From: an uncultured Verrucomicrobiae bacterium | GTDB lineage: Bacteria > Verrucomicrobiota > Verrucomicrobiia > Chthoniobacterales > UBA10450 | Assembly: GCA_963726745.1 (NCBI GenBank) | Contig: CAVSDR010000004.1 | Location: 160,001 to 224,000 of the forward strand | Length of the DNA stretch: 64,000 nt | Direction: 5' to 3' | Shown here: positions 1-9,171 of the stretch, in pieces | Layout of the letters: the number at the start of each line of letters is the position of its first letter | Position numbering within the stretch: position 1 is the first letter of the stretch | Notes under the pieces: generated by a model | What the model was told of the DNA's origin: nothing | The model's input: the letters and a program-made list of their open reading frames with translations, nothing else | The model's database searches: none | Translations under genes and position numbers: made by a program

Positions 1-2163
1 CGGCGCGACCACCTGCGGTTTGGTGACCTTCTGGGCGCGCTTGACCACGCGGCCGCGCGCATCGGATTCCGGCTCCACGTCTGGATCGGCCGGCGCAGCG
101 GCAAGTTGCACGTTGGCGTTGTCGGATTGCTCGAGATTTTCCTCGTCGGTTCCGGGGACGTTCGGCCCGGAATCCTTGAAGTCGACCGCCTCGATCATGG
201 CAAAAGGATTCGGCTTATTCGCCGGCGCGATCCAGGCGAGCTGCGGATCGTATTTCCCCTCCTCCATCGCGAGCGCGCGCTCAAGGATGCGGGTGGCGAT
301 GGGCGCCGCGACCGAGCCGCCGTGCGCGCCGCCCTGCACCATGACCGCGATCGCATAACGCGGATTATCGTAGGGCGCGAAGCAGGCGAACCAGGCGATC
401 GTGTCCTTCTTGCCATCGGTCATCGCCTGGGCGGTGCCGGTTTTGCCGGCAACTTGCACATTTGCGAGCCGCGCTTTCCCGCCGGTGCCGCCTTCTTCGT
501 TGACGACCTTCCAAAGCCCGCGCCGCGCGATCTCGATCTGGTCGCGCGTAAAATCCGTGCGCAAGTCGCCGTGTAATTTCGGCTCGCGCGAGATCACCGG
601 CTGGCCCTTGTCATCCACGATCGACTTGCCGTTGGCATCGACCACGTCCTTGACCAGCCGCGGGTAATACGAGACGCCGCCGTTCGCGACCGTGGCGTAG
701 ACCATCGCGAGCTGCAGCGGACTCACGAGATCAAAGCCCTGACCGATGGAGACGTTCGCGGTATACGCCGAAGTCCATTTTTCGCGCGGGTAATTGATCC
801 GCATCCACTCCGGGCCAGGAAGCACACCCGGTTGCTCCCCGGTTACCTCGAGCCCGGAGCCTTTGCCAAGGCCAAGCGTCTCGCCGGTCTCATCGATCGC
901 GTTGATCCCGGCAGCGTTACCGAACTGATAGAAGAACGCATTGCAGGAAACCTTGATCGCATCCGAAAGGCCGAGGGTGCCATGCGCGCCGCCTTTCTCC
1001 GCGATCCAACATTTAAAGTAGTGGTCTCCATAGCTCACGCCGCCGGAGCAATTGAAGCGCTGGTTAGCCAACCCTTTGCGCAGGCCGGCAAGCGCGGTCA
1101 CGAGCTTAAAGGTCGAGCCTGGAGGAAAGGCGCTGATCGCGCGATTGATCAACGGGTTCGCCTCGTTTTGGCGCAGCGCTTCCCAGTCTTTCGCCTTGAT
1201 GCTGGGGATGAAAGTATTTGGGTCGAACGACGGCACCGAAGCCATCGCGAGGATGTTGCCGTTGTTTGGATCGACCACGACCGCGGCCGCGCGACCAACG
1301 GAACGGAGCGCCTCCTCGGTGATCGCCTGCAGGCGCGCGTCGAGGGTGAGGACAACGTTGTCGCCCGCTTGCGGTGGCTCTTCGCGAATCACGCCATCGA
1401 TCACGCCCTTGGCATTGCGCCGGAGATAACGCACCCCGGGCTTGCCGCGCAGGTAATCATCCATCGCCTTCTCGACGTTCGATTTTCCCTCCACGTCGCC
1501 TTGGTAGAAGGTGTATTTGCGCGCTTCCTCTTTGTTCGTGTCGTCGGGCGCGCCGACGTAGCCGAGGATGTGCGCCGCGAGTGCGCCGTAGACGTAGGAA
1601 CGCACCGGCTTGATCGCGATATCCACGCCCGGCAGGCCAACGTCGTGCTCGCTAAATTTAGCCATCGTCTCGAAGTCGATGTCCTTGAGATACGAGAACG
1701 GCACCTCGGTGTTCGTCCGGTAATGCTTCTGCAGGCGGTTGGCGTTGTAGTCGCGCGCCAGGTCGAGATCATCCAGCCGCGGAACGACACCATCATTCAC
1801 AATCTTGACGATGTCGGCCTCCTTCAGGTCCTTCGGCATGTTGTTGATCGTGGCGCGATACTCCGTAAGCGGCGGCGCCCCGAAACGTTGGCGGTATCCC
1901 TTGACCATCTCCGGCAGGTAGAAATCGACTTCGTAGCTCGCGCGGTTCTGCACCAGGGCGATGCCGTTGCGATCGCGAATCTCCCCGCGGATCGACGGAA
2001 TGCGCACCGTGGCCTCGGAGCTGCCGCGAATTTTCGAGGTCCACTCGGGCCCGTGCGCCACTTGCACCAGCCAAAGTTTACCCAGCACCGCGCCCAGGCC
2101 GAGGAGCATGAGCACACCGAGAATCTGGATGCGCAGGCGATGGCTGAGGCGGCGGCTTTTCAT
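1..2163 (-). CDS. mrdA: Penicillin-binding protein 2 (runs off the window start; C-terminus missing)
   Basis: Not in the ORF track; translated by hand from ATG at 2163: MKSRRLSHRLRIQILGVLMLLGLGAVLGKLWLVQV...IPSIRGEIRDRNG. In-frame PGSTFK (SxxK) near 1105-1125 and GKTGTAQ near 427-447. Lies downstream of mreBCD. Confidence 0.93.
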   Translation of the reverse strand, partial: MKSRRLSHRLRIQILGVLMLLGLGAVLGKLWLVQVAHGPEWTSKIRGSSEATVRIPSIRGEIRDRNGIALVQNRASYEVDFYLPEMVKGYRQRFGAPPLTEYRATINNMPKDLKEADIVKIVNDGVVPRLDDLDLARDYNANRLQKHYRTNTEVPFSYLKDIDFETMAKFSEHDVGLPGVDIAIKPVRSYVYGALAAHILGYVGAPDDTNKEEARKYTFYQGDVEGKSNVEKAMDDYLRGKPGVRYLRRNAKGVIDGVIREEPPQAGDNVVLTLDARLQAITEEALRSVGRAAAVVVDPNNGNILAMASVPSFDPNTFIPSIKAKDWEALRQNEANPLINRAISAFPPGSTFKLVTALAGLRKGLANQRFNCSGGVSYGDHYFKCWIAEKGGAHGTLGLSDAIKVSCNAFFYQFGNAAGINAIDETGETLGLGKGSGLEVTGEQPGVLPGPEWMRINYPREKWTSAYTANVSIGQGFDLVSPLQLAMVYATVANGGVSYYPRLVKDVVDANGKSIVDDKGQPVISREPKLHGDLRTDFTRDQIEIARRGLWKVVNEEGGTGGKARLANVQVAGKTGTAQAMTDGKKDTIAWFACFAPYDNPRYAIAVMVQGGAHGGSVAAPIATRILERALAMEEGKYDPQLAWIAPANKPNPFAMIEAVDFKDSGPNVPGTDEENLEQSDNANVQLAAAPADPDVEPESDARGRVVKRAQKVTKPQVVAP

Positions 2164-2166
2164 AGG

Positions 2167-2706
2167 TCAATAGCTCTCACGCGATGGGAGATAGGGATTG
2201 CCGGTGGCCTCGCCAATGGTGTGCAAAAGCCAGAAAAGAAGCGGCGCCATGATCATCGCGAGCACGCCCGGCCCGCCGATCTGCCACCACGCCTCCGGCG
2301 TGAAGACAATCGAGCCGCGGCGGAAAGTGATCATGAGATATTGCGAGAGAAGAATGAGGGAAGTGCAAACGCCACTCATGATGCAATGAATCTCCCACCG
2401 CCCCCGAATGAACAACGGCCGAAGGCCATGCATAATGGACGCCAGCACGGCGTAGACGATTATTGACCATCCCAGCGCAATTTCAACCTTCGGCCCCACT
2501 ACCTGCATGGTGAGCGCATCGAGCAAGAGCCCGGCGAAGAACGCCAGCCCGAGCACCAGCGGGAAAGGCAGCGCCATGGCGCCGTAGAAAACTACGATCG
2601 GCACCAGATAGATGTGCGCATTGTACATCCACTCCAGCGGCGGCAGGAAAAGCTCGATGATCTGCGCCACGAAGACGAGCACGAGCAGGATGCCGAAGAA
2701 GATCAT
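2167..2706 (-). CDS. mreD: Rod shape-determining membrane protein MreD-like
   Basis: 179 aa, multi-TM hydrophobic, GLLLD motif, between mreC and mrdA. Confidence 0.8.
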   Translation of the reverse strand: MIFFGILLVLVFVAQIIELFLPPLEWMYNAHIYLVPIVVFYGAMALPFPLVLGLAFFAGLLLDALTMQVVGPKVEIALGWSIIVYAVLASIMHGLRPLFIRGRWEIHCIMSGVCTSLILLSQYLMITFRRGSIVFTPEAWWQIGGPGVLAMIMAPLLFWLLHTIGEATGNPYLPSRESY

Positions 2707-3506
2707 TTTTGCCCGGTGATCACGAAGACATCCTGAAGCTTGGCGAGATCAACCGCCGGATTGAGATGCGCTTGCCCGTCCAGTTCGCGCACCTTGTAGT
2801 CCTTGATCACGCCCACGAGCAGGCCCGAGGGAAAAACGCCGCCCACGCCCGAGGTGTAAACCTTCTGGCCGGGCTGGAGATTGGCCTGCTTCGAGAGAAA
2901 ATTCAGGTCGAGCAGTGGCGTCAATGCGCCGGCTACGCGCTCGCCGGCCACGATCCCCTGCTCGCGCGTGCCCTCGACTTTCGCAGCCACGCGGCAGTTC
3001 TCGTCCGAGACCAAAATAACCACCGAGATGTTGTCGCTCACCGTGGTCGTCTTGCCGACTAAACCTTCCTCGGTTACCACCGGCATGTCGGTTTGGATGC
3101 CGTCATCCTTGCCGCGATTGATCGTCACGGTGCGCCACCAGGTCGAAGTGTCGCGGGTCACGATCTCCGCGGGCACGAGCTTGAAGACCGAGCGCTCGCG
3201 ATAGCTCAAGGCCATGCGCAGCCGATTCACTTCCAATTCCACGTCGCGCAGTGCCTGGTTGGTCGCTTTGAGCGCGCGATTTTCCACCCGCAGGGTGCCG
3301 TTCTCGCGTTCCAACTCCTCGAGCGACTTCAATCCTTTTCGCATCGCCGTGATCTGTTGCTCAAGGCCCGATCCCGTCGTCAAAAACGGCGAGATCACCT
3401 TGTAAAAGGCAGACTGCAGATTGCGCGTGCCTTCCGGTCCGAAGCTCAGGAAATAAGCCAGGACCGCCGCGAGCACGAGCAACGCGATGATGCTCGAGCG
3501 ATTCAT
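2703..3506 (-). CDS. mreC: Rod shape-determining protein MreC
   Basis: N-terminal TM, coiled coil, TINRG..GI...MPVV..GLVG and TSGVGGVFPSG motifs. Confidence 0.93.
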   Translation of the reverse strand: MNRSSIIALLVLAAVLAYFLSFGPEGTRNLQSAFYKVISPFLTTGSGLEQQITAMRKGLKSLEELERENGTLRVENRALKATNQALRDVELEVNRLRMALSYRERSVFKLVPAEIVTRDTSTWWRTVTINRGKDDGIQTDMPVVTEEGLVGKTTTVSDNISVVILVSDENCRVAAKVEGTREQGIVAGERVAGALTPLLDLNFLSKQANLQPGQKVYTSGVGGVFPSGLLVGVIKDYKVRELDGQAHLNPAVDLAKLQDVFVITGQK

Positions 3507-3524
3507 CGGAACCGCCGGCTCCTG

Positions 3525-4562
3525 CTATCGCCAGGAGCGATCAGCAGAAGCGACTTGGCGTAAAAATTTAAGTTCATTGAGGCACTTGCCCGTCCCTTCC
3601 GCCACGGCGCTTAGCGGATCTTCGGCCACATGGACAGGCAAGCCCGTCTCTTCGCTCAAAAGTTTATCGAATCCGCGGAGCAACGCGCCGCCACCCGCGA
3701 GCACCAGCCCGCGATCGACCAAATCAGCCGACAATTCCGGCGGGCAACGCTCGAGCGTAATGCGCACCGAATCCACAATCGTCGAGATCGGCTCGAGCAA
3801 CGCTTCGCGCACCTCCTGCGACGTAATCATGAGCGTCTTCGGCAATCCAGCCACGAGGTCGCGGCCCTTTACTTCCACGCTCGTTTCTTTCTCGCTCGGA
3901 TAGGCGCTGCCAATCTTGATCTTGATCTCTTCCGCCGTGCGCTCGCCGATCATCAAATTGTAAGCGCGCTTCATGTACTGCACGATCGCCTCGTCCAGTT
4001 CATCGCCGGCCACACGCACGCTTCGGCTAAAGACAATGCCCGAGAGCGAGATCAACGCGACCTCGGTCGTCCCGCCGCCGATGTCGATGATCATGTTGCC
4101 CGCAGGATCCTGCACCGGCAGGCCCACGCCGATCGCGGCCGCCATCGGCTCTTCGATCAGGTAAACTTCGCGCGCCCCGGCATGCGTGGCCGATTCGCGC
4201 ACCGCGCGCTTCTCCACCTCAGTGATGCCGGAAGGAACCGCGATCACCACCCGGGGCCGTGCGCGCACCCGGCGGCTGTGCACCTTGGTAATGAAGTGCC
4301 GCAGCATTGCCTCGGTCACCTCGAAGTCTGCGATCACGCCGTCTTTCAACGGGCGCACCGCCACAATGTTGGAAGGCGTGCGGCCGAGCATGCGCTTGGC
4401 CTCGTCGCCCACAGCCAGCACTTTGTTCGTGCCGGCCTGCACCGCCACCACCGAAGGCTCGCGCAGGACAATGCCCTGGTCCTTGACGTAGACGAGCGTG
4501 TTGGCCGTGCCGAGATCGATCCCGATGTCGCTGGAGAGCCAGCCGAAGATTCCGTTGAACAT
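3525..4562 (-). CDS. mreB: Actin-like rod shape-determining protein MreB
   Basis: [37 protein letters not shown] motifs. Confidence 0.98.
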   Translation of the reverse strand: MFNGIFGWLSSDIGIDLGTANTLVYVKDQGIVLREPSVVAVQAGTNKVLAVGDEAKRMLGRTPSNIVAVRPLKDGVIADFEVTEAMLRHFITKVHSRRVRARPRVVIAVPSGITEVEKRAVRESATHAGAREVYLIEEPMAAAIGVGLPVQDPAGNMIIDIGGGTTEVALISLSGIVFSRSVRVAGDELDEAIVQYMKRAYNLMIGERTAEEIKIKIGSAYPSEKETSVEVKGRDLVAGLPKTLMITSQEVREALLEPISTIVDSVRITLERCPPELSADLVDRGLVLAGGGALLRGFDKLLSEETGLPVHVAEDPLSAVAEGTGKCLNELKFLRQVASADRSWR

Positions 4563-4862
4563 GAATTAGAGTGAAATAAGTCGCCGCCGCGCGCCCGTTC
4601 TGTCGTCGGCACGCGGCCCTTGGCTTTTCAACTCAGCAGCGCTGGCGCTGCGAGCGCGGTGACGATCGGCGGAAACGCAGAGTATCTAGGAAGAGAGCTT
4701 CGTATCGTCAAGGGAAAGCTGGTGATGCGTCGCGGGAAGGGCAAGTTTTCGCCCCACGTCGCGTCCGATCTTCGTCGCCCCTTCCATCTTCGTCGCTGGT
4801 TGCGAGATTTAGCCAGCGAGATCACCGTCGACGCGCCCCGGAAATCCTGCTGAAAGGAGTGG

Positions 4863-6716
4863 GTGCGCACGATTCTTCGATTTCTCGCCGCGGTTCTGGC
4901 CTTCGCTCTCTCCGTCCAAGCCGAAACCACGCCGCCCGCGATCTCGCCTTCTCTCATCCTCCCACCCGCGCAACCGTGGAACGGCCAAAGCCGCGCGCTC
5001 GTGGTCCCGAAGGACGATCCGTGGATCACGCCGTCTGAGCGCGGCGACCTGAAGACTTCCCCCTCCTACGACGAAACCGTCGCCTGGCTGCAAAAGCTGG
5101 TCGCGGCCGCGCCGAACCTTTCCCTGCTTTCGCTCGGCAAATCGCCGGAAGGCCGCGACCTTTGGCTCGTCATCGCGGCGAAGGATAAAGTCTCCAAGCC
5201 CGAGGAGCTGCAGCGAAACGGCAAACCGACCGTCTTCGCCCAGGCCGGCATTCACGCCGGCGAGATCGATGGGAAGGATGCTGGCATGATGTTGCTGCGT
5301 GACCTGACCGTGCGCGGCACGAAGAAGGAACTGCTCGAGAATGCGAATTTCCTTTTCGTCCCGATCTTCAACGTCGATGGCCACGAGCGCGCCTCGCGCT
5401 TTAACCGCATCAATCAGCGCGGGCCCGAAGTCATGGGCTGGCGCACCAATTCCCAAAACCTGAATCTGAATCGCGACTACGCGAAGGTCGACACCGCCGA
5501 AATGACCGCGATGATCGGCGCGCTCCACCGCTGGTCGCCGGATCTGTATCTCGACCTCCACGTTACCGACGGCTCCGACCATCAATACGATGTCACCTTT
5601 GGCGGGAACGGCACGGACGCGAACGGCTCTTCGCCCGCAGGCGCGAAATGGCTGAACGAAGTGCTCCTGCCCGGCCTAACGAGTGCATTGCAAGCGCAAG
5701 GGCACATCCCTGGTCCGCTCGATGTCGCGAACCGCGCGGATCCTTACGATCTCACGAAAGGCCTGCGTGGGAGCCCGGGCGAGCCGCGTTACTCCACTGG
5801 TTATGGCGACACGCGGCACCTTCCGACAATCCTGGTCGAGAACCATTCGCTCAAGCCTTACGACCAGCGCGTCCTCGGGATGTATGTCCTGCTTGAGAAT
5901 ACCCTCCGCATCGCAGGCCAGCGTGGTGCCGAGCTGCGCACGGCGATCAAGGCCGATCAGACGCGCAATGCCAAGGCGGTCCCGCTCGTTTTCGGACCGA
6001 ATCCGGAACCGGGCCCGACCCCGATCGCCTATAAGGGAATCGAAGCGCGCGTCGCGCCTTCCGCGATTTCTGGCGCACTCCGGGTGGAATACACCGGCAA
6101 GCCGATCACGGTCACGATCCCGCATCAGTTCGACAACAAAGCGGTCGTCTCGGTCACGCGTCCAAAGGCTTACTGGATCCCGCCAGCCTGGAACGAGGTA
6201 ATCGCCCGCCTTCGCATCCACGGGATCGCGATGGAAACACTGAGCGCCCCGCGCGAGGTCAAAGTCGAGATGTATCGGACCGCGGACGAGAAGTTCGACG
6301 CGAAACCGTTCGAAGGCCACATGCGCGTCCAGGCCGCGACCAAGACCGAGACCCGAACCGAAAAATATCCGGCCGGTTCAGTGCGCGTGCCGGCCGATCA
6401 ACCGCTTGGCGATCTCGTGGTCCAGCTGCTCGAACCCGCCGGACCGGATTCGTTTTTCCAGTGGGGCTTCTTCGATCAAATCTTCCAGCAGACGGAATAC
6501 TTCGAGCCGTATGTGGTCGAGCCGATGGCGGCGCAGATGATGAAAGACGATCCAAAGCTGGCGGCGGAGTTCGAGGCCAAGCTGGCGAGCGACGAAGCCT
6601 TCCGCGCCTCCGCGCAAAGCCGGCTGCGCTGGTTTTACGAGCGCACGCCTTATTTCGATGAGCGCTGGCGCTTGTATCCGGTCGGGCGCGAGATGGCGGG
6701 CAGCGAAACGAAGTAG
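4863..6716 (+). CDS. Secreted M14-family zinc carboxypeptidase
   Basis: Signal peptide; GIHAGEIDG (HxxE), NVDGHER, NLNRD, DLH motifs. Confidence 0.88.
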   Translation: MRTILRFLAAVLAFALSVQAETTPPAISPSLILPPAQPWNGQSRALVVPKDDPWITPSERGDLKTSPSYDETVAWLQKLVAAAPNLSLLSLGKSPEGRDLWLVIAAKDKVSKPEELQRNGKPTVFAQAGIHAGEIDGKDAGMMLLRDLTVRGTKKELLENANFLFVPIFNVDGHERASRFNRINQRGPEVMGWRTNSQNLNLNRDYAKVDTAEMTAMIGALHRWSPDLYLDLHVTDGSDHQYDVTFGGNGTDANGSSPAGAKWLNEVLLPGLTSALQAQGHIPGPLDVANRADPYDLTKGLRGSPGEPRYSTGYGDTRHLPTILVENHSLKPYDQRVLGMYVLLENTLRIAGQRGAELRTAIKADQTRNAKAVPLVFGPNPEPGPTPIAYKGIEARVAPSAISGALRVEYTGKPITVTIPHQFDNKAVVSVTRPKAYWIPPAWNEVIARLRIHGIAMETLSAPREVKVEMYRTADEKFDAKPFEGHMRVQAATKTETRTEKYPAGSVRVPADQPLGDLVVQLLEPAGPDSFFQWGFFDQIFQQTEYFEPYVVEPMAAQMMKDDPKLAAEFEAKLASDEAFRASAQSRLRWFYERTPYFDERWRLYPVGREMAGSETK

Positions 6717-6765
6717 CGCGCTTCGACGTTGAACCGCGGAGGCGTCGCATGGAATCTTCCCGCAC

Positions 6766-7432
6766 ATGACCACGCCCGTCCTGATCGCGCCTTCCATTCT
6801 CGCGGCGGATTTTTCGCGGCTCGGCGAAGAGATCCGCGCGGTCGAAGCGGCCGGCGCGGACTGGATTCACTGCGACATCATGGACGGGCATTTTGTCGAC
6901 AACATCTCGTTCGGTCCGGCCCTCGTGAAGACGGTTCGCGGCCTAACGAAGCTGCCGCTCGATGTCCATCTCATGATCGAGCACGCCGACCATTATCTGC
7001 CGCGCTTCCTCGAGGCCGGCGCGAACTCGATCACGGTCCACGTCGAGCCGGAGGCGCACCATGATGTCGGCAAAACCTTGGCCGCGATTCGCGCCGGCGG
7101 CTGCCGCGCAGGGCTGACGCTCAATCCGGCGACGCCCTTTGAAGCCCTCGAGCCGCATCTCGCTTCGATTGATCTGCTGCTGGTCATGACGGTGCACCCC
7201 GGTTTCGGCGGGCAATCCTTCCGCGAAGATCAGATGGCAAAACTGCAGCGCGCCAGTTGCCTGGCGCGCAGAACACGGAGCGAATTTCGATCTCGAAGTC
7301 GACGGCGGGATTACCGCCGAAACCGCCCCGGTCGCTTTGCAGCACGGCGCCAATGTGCTGGTTGCCGGGACCTCGATCTTTAAAAGCCCGGATTACGCCG
7401 AGGCGATCGCAGCCCTGCGTTCCACTCGTTAG
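6766..7432 (+). CDS. rpe: Ribulose-phosphate 3-epimerase (apparent +1 frameshift near 7257, probably a sequencing error)
   Basis: APSILAADF, HCDIMDGHFVDN, DVHLM, MTVHPGFGGQ. The C-terminus DLEVDGGI...VAGTSIF continues in another frame to TAG at 7430-7432. Confidence 0.93.
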
Positions 7433-9171
7433 GCGACAGCCGGCGCGCTTTCGAGCGAAGTCTCGGCAATGACTTCGTCGTTCTGCGTTACGCGCACCAC
7501 TTCCTCGACCGTCGTCCGCCCCTGGCCCACGCGGCGCCAGCCGTCCTGCCGGAGCGTCTCCATTCCCTGTGAAACTGCTGCCTGTTTTAGCTCGCCGCCG
7601 TCGCGCCGGCCTACAATCAAGCGACGCATCGCTTCGTTGATGATGCAGATTTCGTAGATCGCCATGCGGCCTTGGTAGCCAGTTTGCCGGCAATTATCGC
7701 AGCCCTGCCCGCGCATGAACTGCGTCCCCATTTCATCCACCGGGAAGCTGATCTCGTGCAGGTACTCGCGCGGATACTCGACCAGTTGCGAGCAATCCGG
7801 GCAAACCGTGCGCACGAGCCGCTGCGCCAGAAACGCGCGCACGGTCGAGGCGAGGAGGAATTGCTCGACGCCCATGTCGAGCAGGCGCGTGATCCCGCCG
7901 ACGGCGTCGTTCGTGTGCAGCGTGCTGAACACCAAGTGACCGGTCATGGCCGCGCGGATCGCGATCTCCGCGGTCTCGAAGTCGCGAATTTCGCCGACCA
8001 TGATCACGTTCGGATCCTGGCGGAGAATGTGGCGCAAGCCCTTGGCAAAGGTCAGGTCGATCTCCGGTTTGACGTCAATTTGGGAAACGCCGGGCAGCCG
8101 ATATTCCACCGGTTCCTCGATCGTGATGATCCGGCGCTGGACCGAGTTGATGCTCGAGAGGAAACAGTAAAGCGAAGTCGATTTGCCCGAGCCGGTCGGC
8201 CCGGTCACGAGCACGATGCCGTTCGGCTGCTCGAGGAGCGATTGGACGATGCGCGAATGCTTCGCGCTCAAGTCGAGCCGCTCGAAACCGAAAGTCGCGT
8301 TCTGCTGGTCGCGGCTCAGCAGACGCAGCGAGATCGATTCGCCGTTGACCGTCGGAATGGTCGAGACGCGCACGTCGATGTTCGCGCCGCTCGATTGCAA
8401 ATTGATCCGGCCATCCTGCGGCAGGCGGCGCTCGGCGATGTCCATGTGCGCCATGACTTTCAGGCGTGAGATGATGGCCGATTGCAGGAGGCGCAACTGC
8501 GGCGGGACCGCGACCTCATGCAGGATGCCATCGATGCGATAGCGAATCCGCAGGTCGCCCTCGAGCGGCTCCACGTGGATGTCGGTTGCGCGTTCCACGA
8601 TCGCTTCGCGGATGATCTGGTTGACGAACTTGACCACCGACGCCTCGGGATCGTCGGCGTTCAGATCCATCGCCAGCTCGGTGTCCTGCAGGCCTTCGAA
8701 CGAGCGGTTGGTCTTCAGGATTTCGTCGAACGTTTCCGCACCGACGCCGTAAACCGTTTTCATCACGCGCAAGATCTGCACGCGTGAGACCAGGACCCAC
8801 TCGACCGGCCGCTTCAGGAGCTGCGAAGCGAGCTGGCGGCCGACGGAGTTGAAGAGATCGTAGGTCGCGAGCACGACCGCGTTTTCCTTCACCTCCAGCG
8901 GCAGGATGTGGTGCTGGAAGACGAAGCGACTGGGTAAAAGCGAGAGCGTCTGGCGATCGATGCTCTTGGCGTCGATCGAGCGCATTGGAACGTCGAAGTA
9001 GTTCCCGATCGCCTGGAGGAAACGCGTTTCGTCGACTTTTCCGGAGTCGAGCACCTGCGCGGTCCAGGAGCCGCCGTTCAGGTTCGACGCCAGCGCGGCC
9101 GCTTCCTCATGCGAGGACACGCCGGCCGCGAGCAGCAGCTCGATTAATGACTGCCCGACGGCGGCGTTCAT
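7429..9171 (-). CDS. gspE: Type II secretion / type IV pilus assembly ATPase (GspE/PilB family)
   Basis: ATDIHVEP, RYRIDG, ERRLPQDG, Walker A GPTGSGKST, LRQDPNVIMVGEIRD, CxxC...CxxC. Confidence 0.92.
   Translation of the reverse strand: MNAAVGQSLIELLLAAGVSSHEEAAALASNLNGGSWTAQVLDSGKVDETRFLQAIGNYFDVPMRSIDAKSIDRQTLSLLPSRFVFQHHILPLEVKENAVVLATYDLFNSVGRQLASQLLKRPVEWVLVSRVQILRVMKTVYGVGAETFDEILKTNRSFEGLQDTELAMDLNADDPEASVVKFVNQIIREAIVERATDIHVEPLEGDLRIRYRIDGILHEVAVPPQLRLLQSAIISRLKVMAHMDIAERRLPQDGRINLQSSGANIDVRVSTIPTVNGESISLRLLSRDQQNATFGFERLDLSAKHSRIVQSLLEQPNGIVLVTGPTGSGKSTSLYCFLSSINSVQRRIITIEEPVEYRLPGVSQIDVKPEIDLTFAKGLRHILRQDPNVIMVGEIRDFETAEIAIRAAMTGHLVFSTLHTNDAVGGITRLLDMGVEQFLLASTVRAFLAQRLVRTVCPDCSQLVEYPREYLHEISFPVDEMGTQFMRGQGCDNCRQTGYQGRMAIYEICIINEAMRRLIVGRRDGGELKQAAVSQGMETLRQDGWRRVGQGRTTVEEVVRVTQNDEVIAETSLESAPAVA

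Noticed and set aside
832..2466. 544-aa plus-strand ORF and many other long alternative ORFs (e.g. 21182..22684, 34764..36203, 38538..40076)
   Set aside because: Shadow ORFs antisense or out of frame to recognisable genes, expected at high GC; no recognisable motifs.
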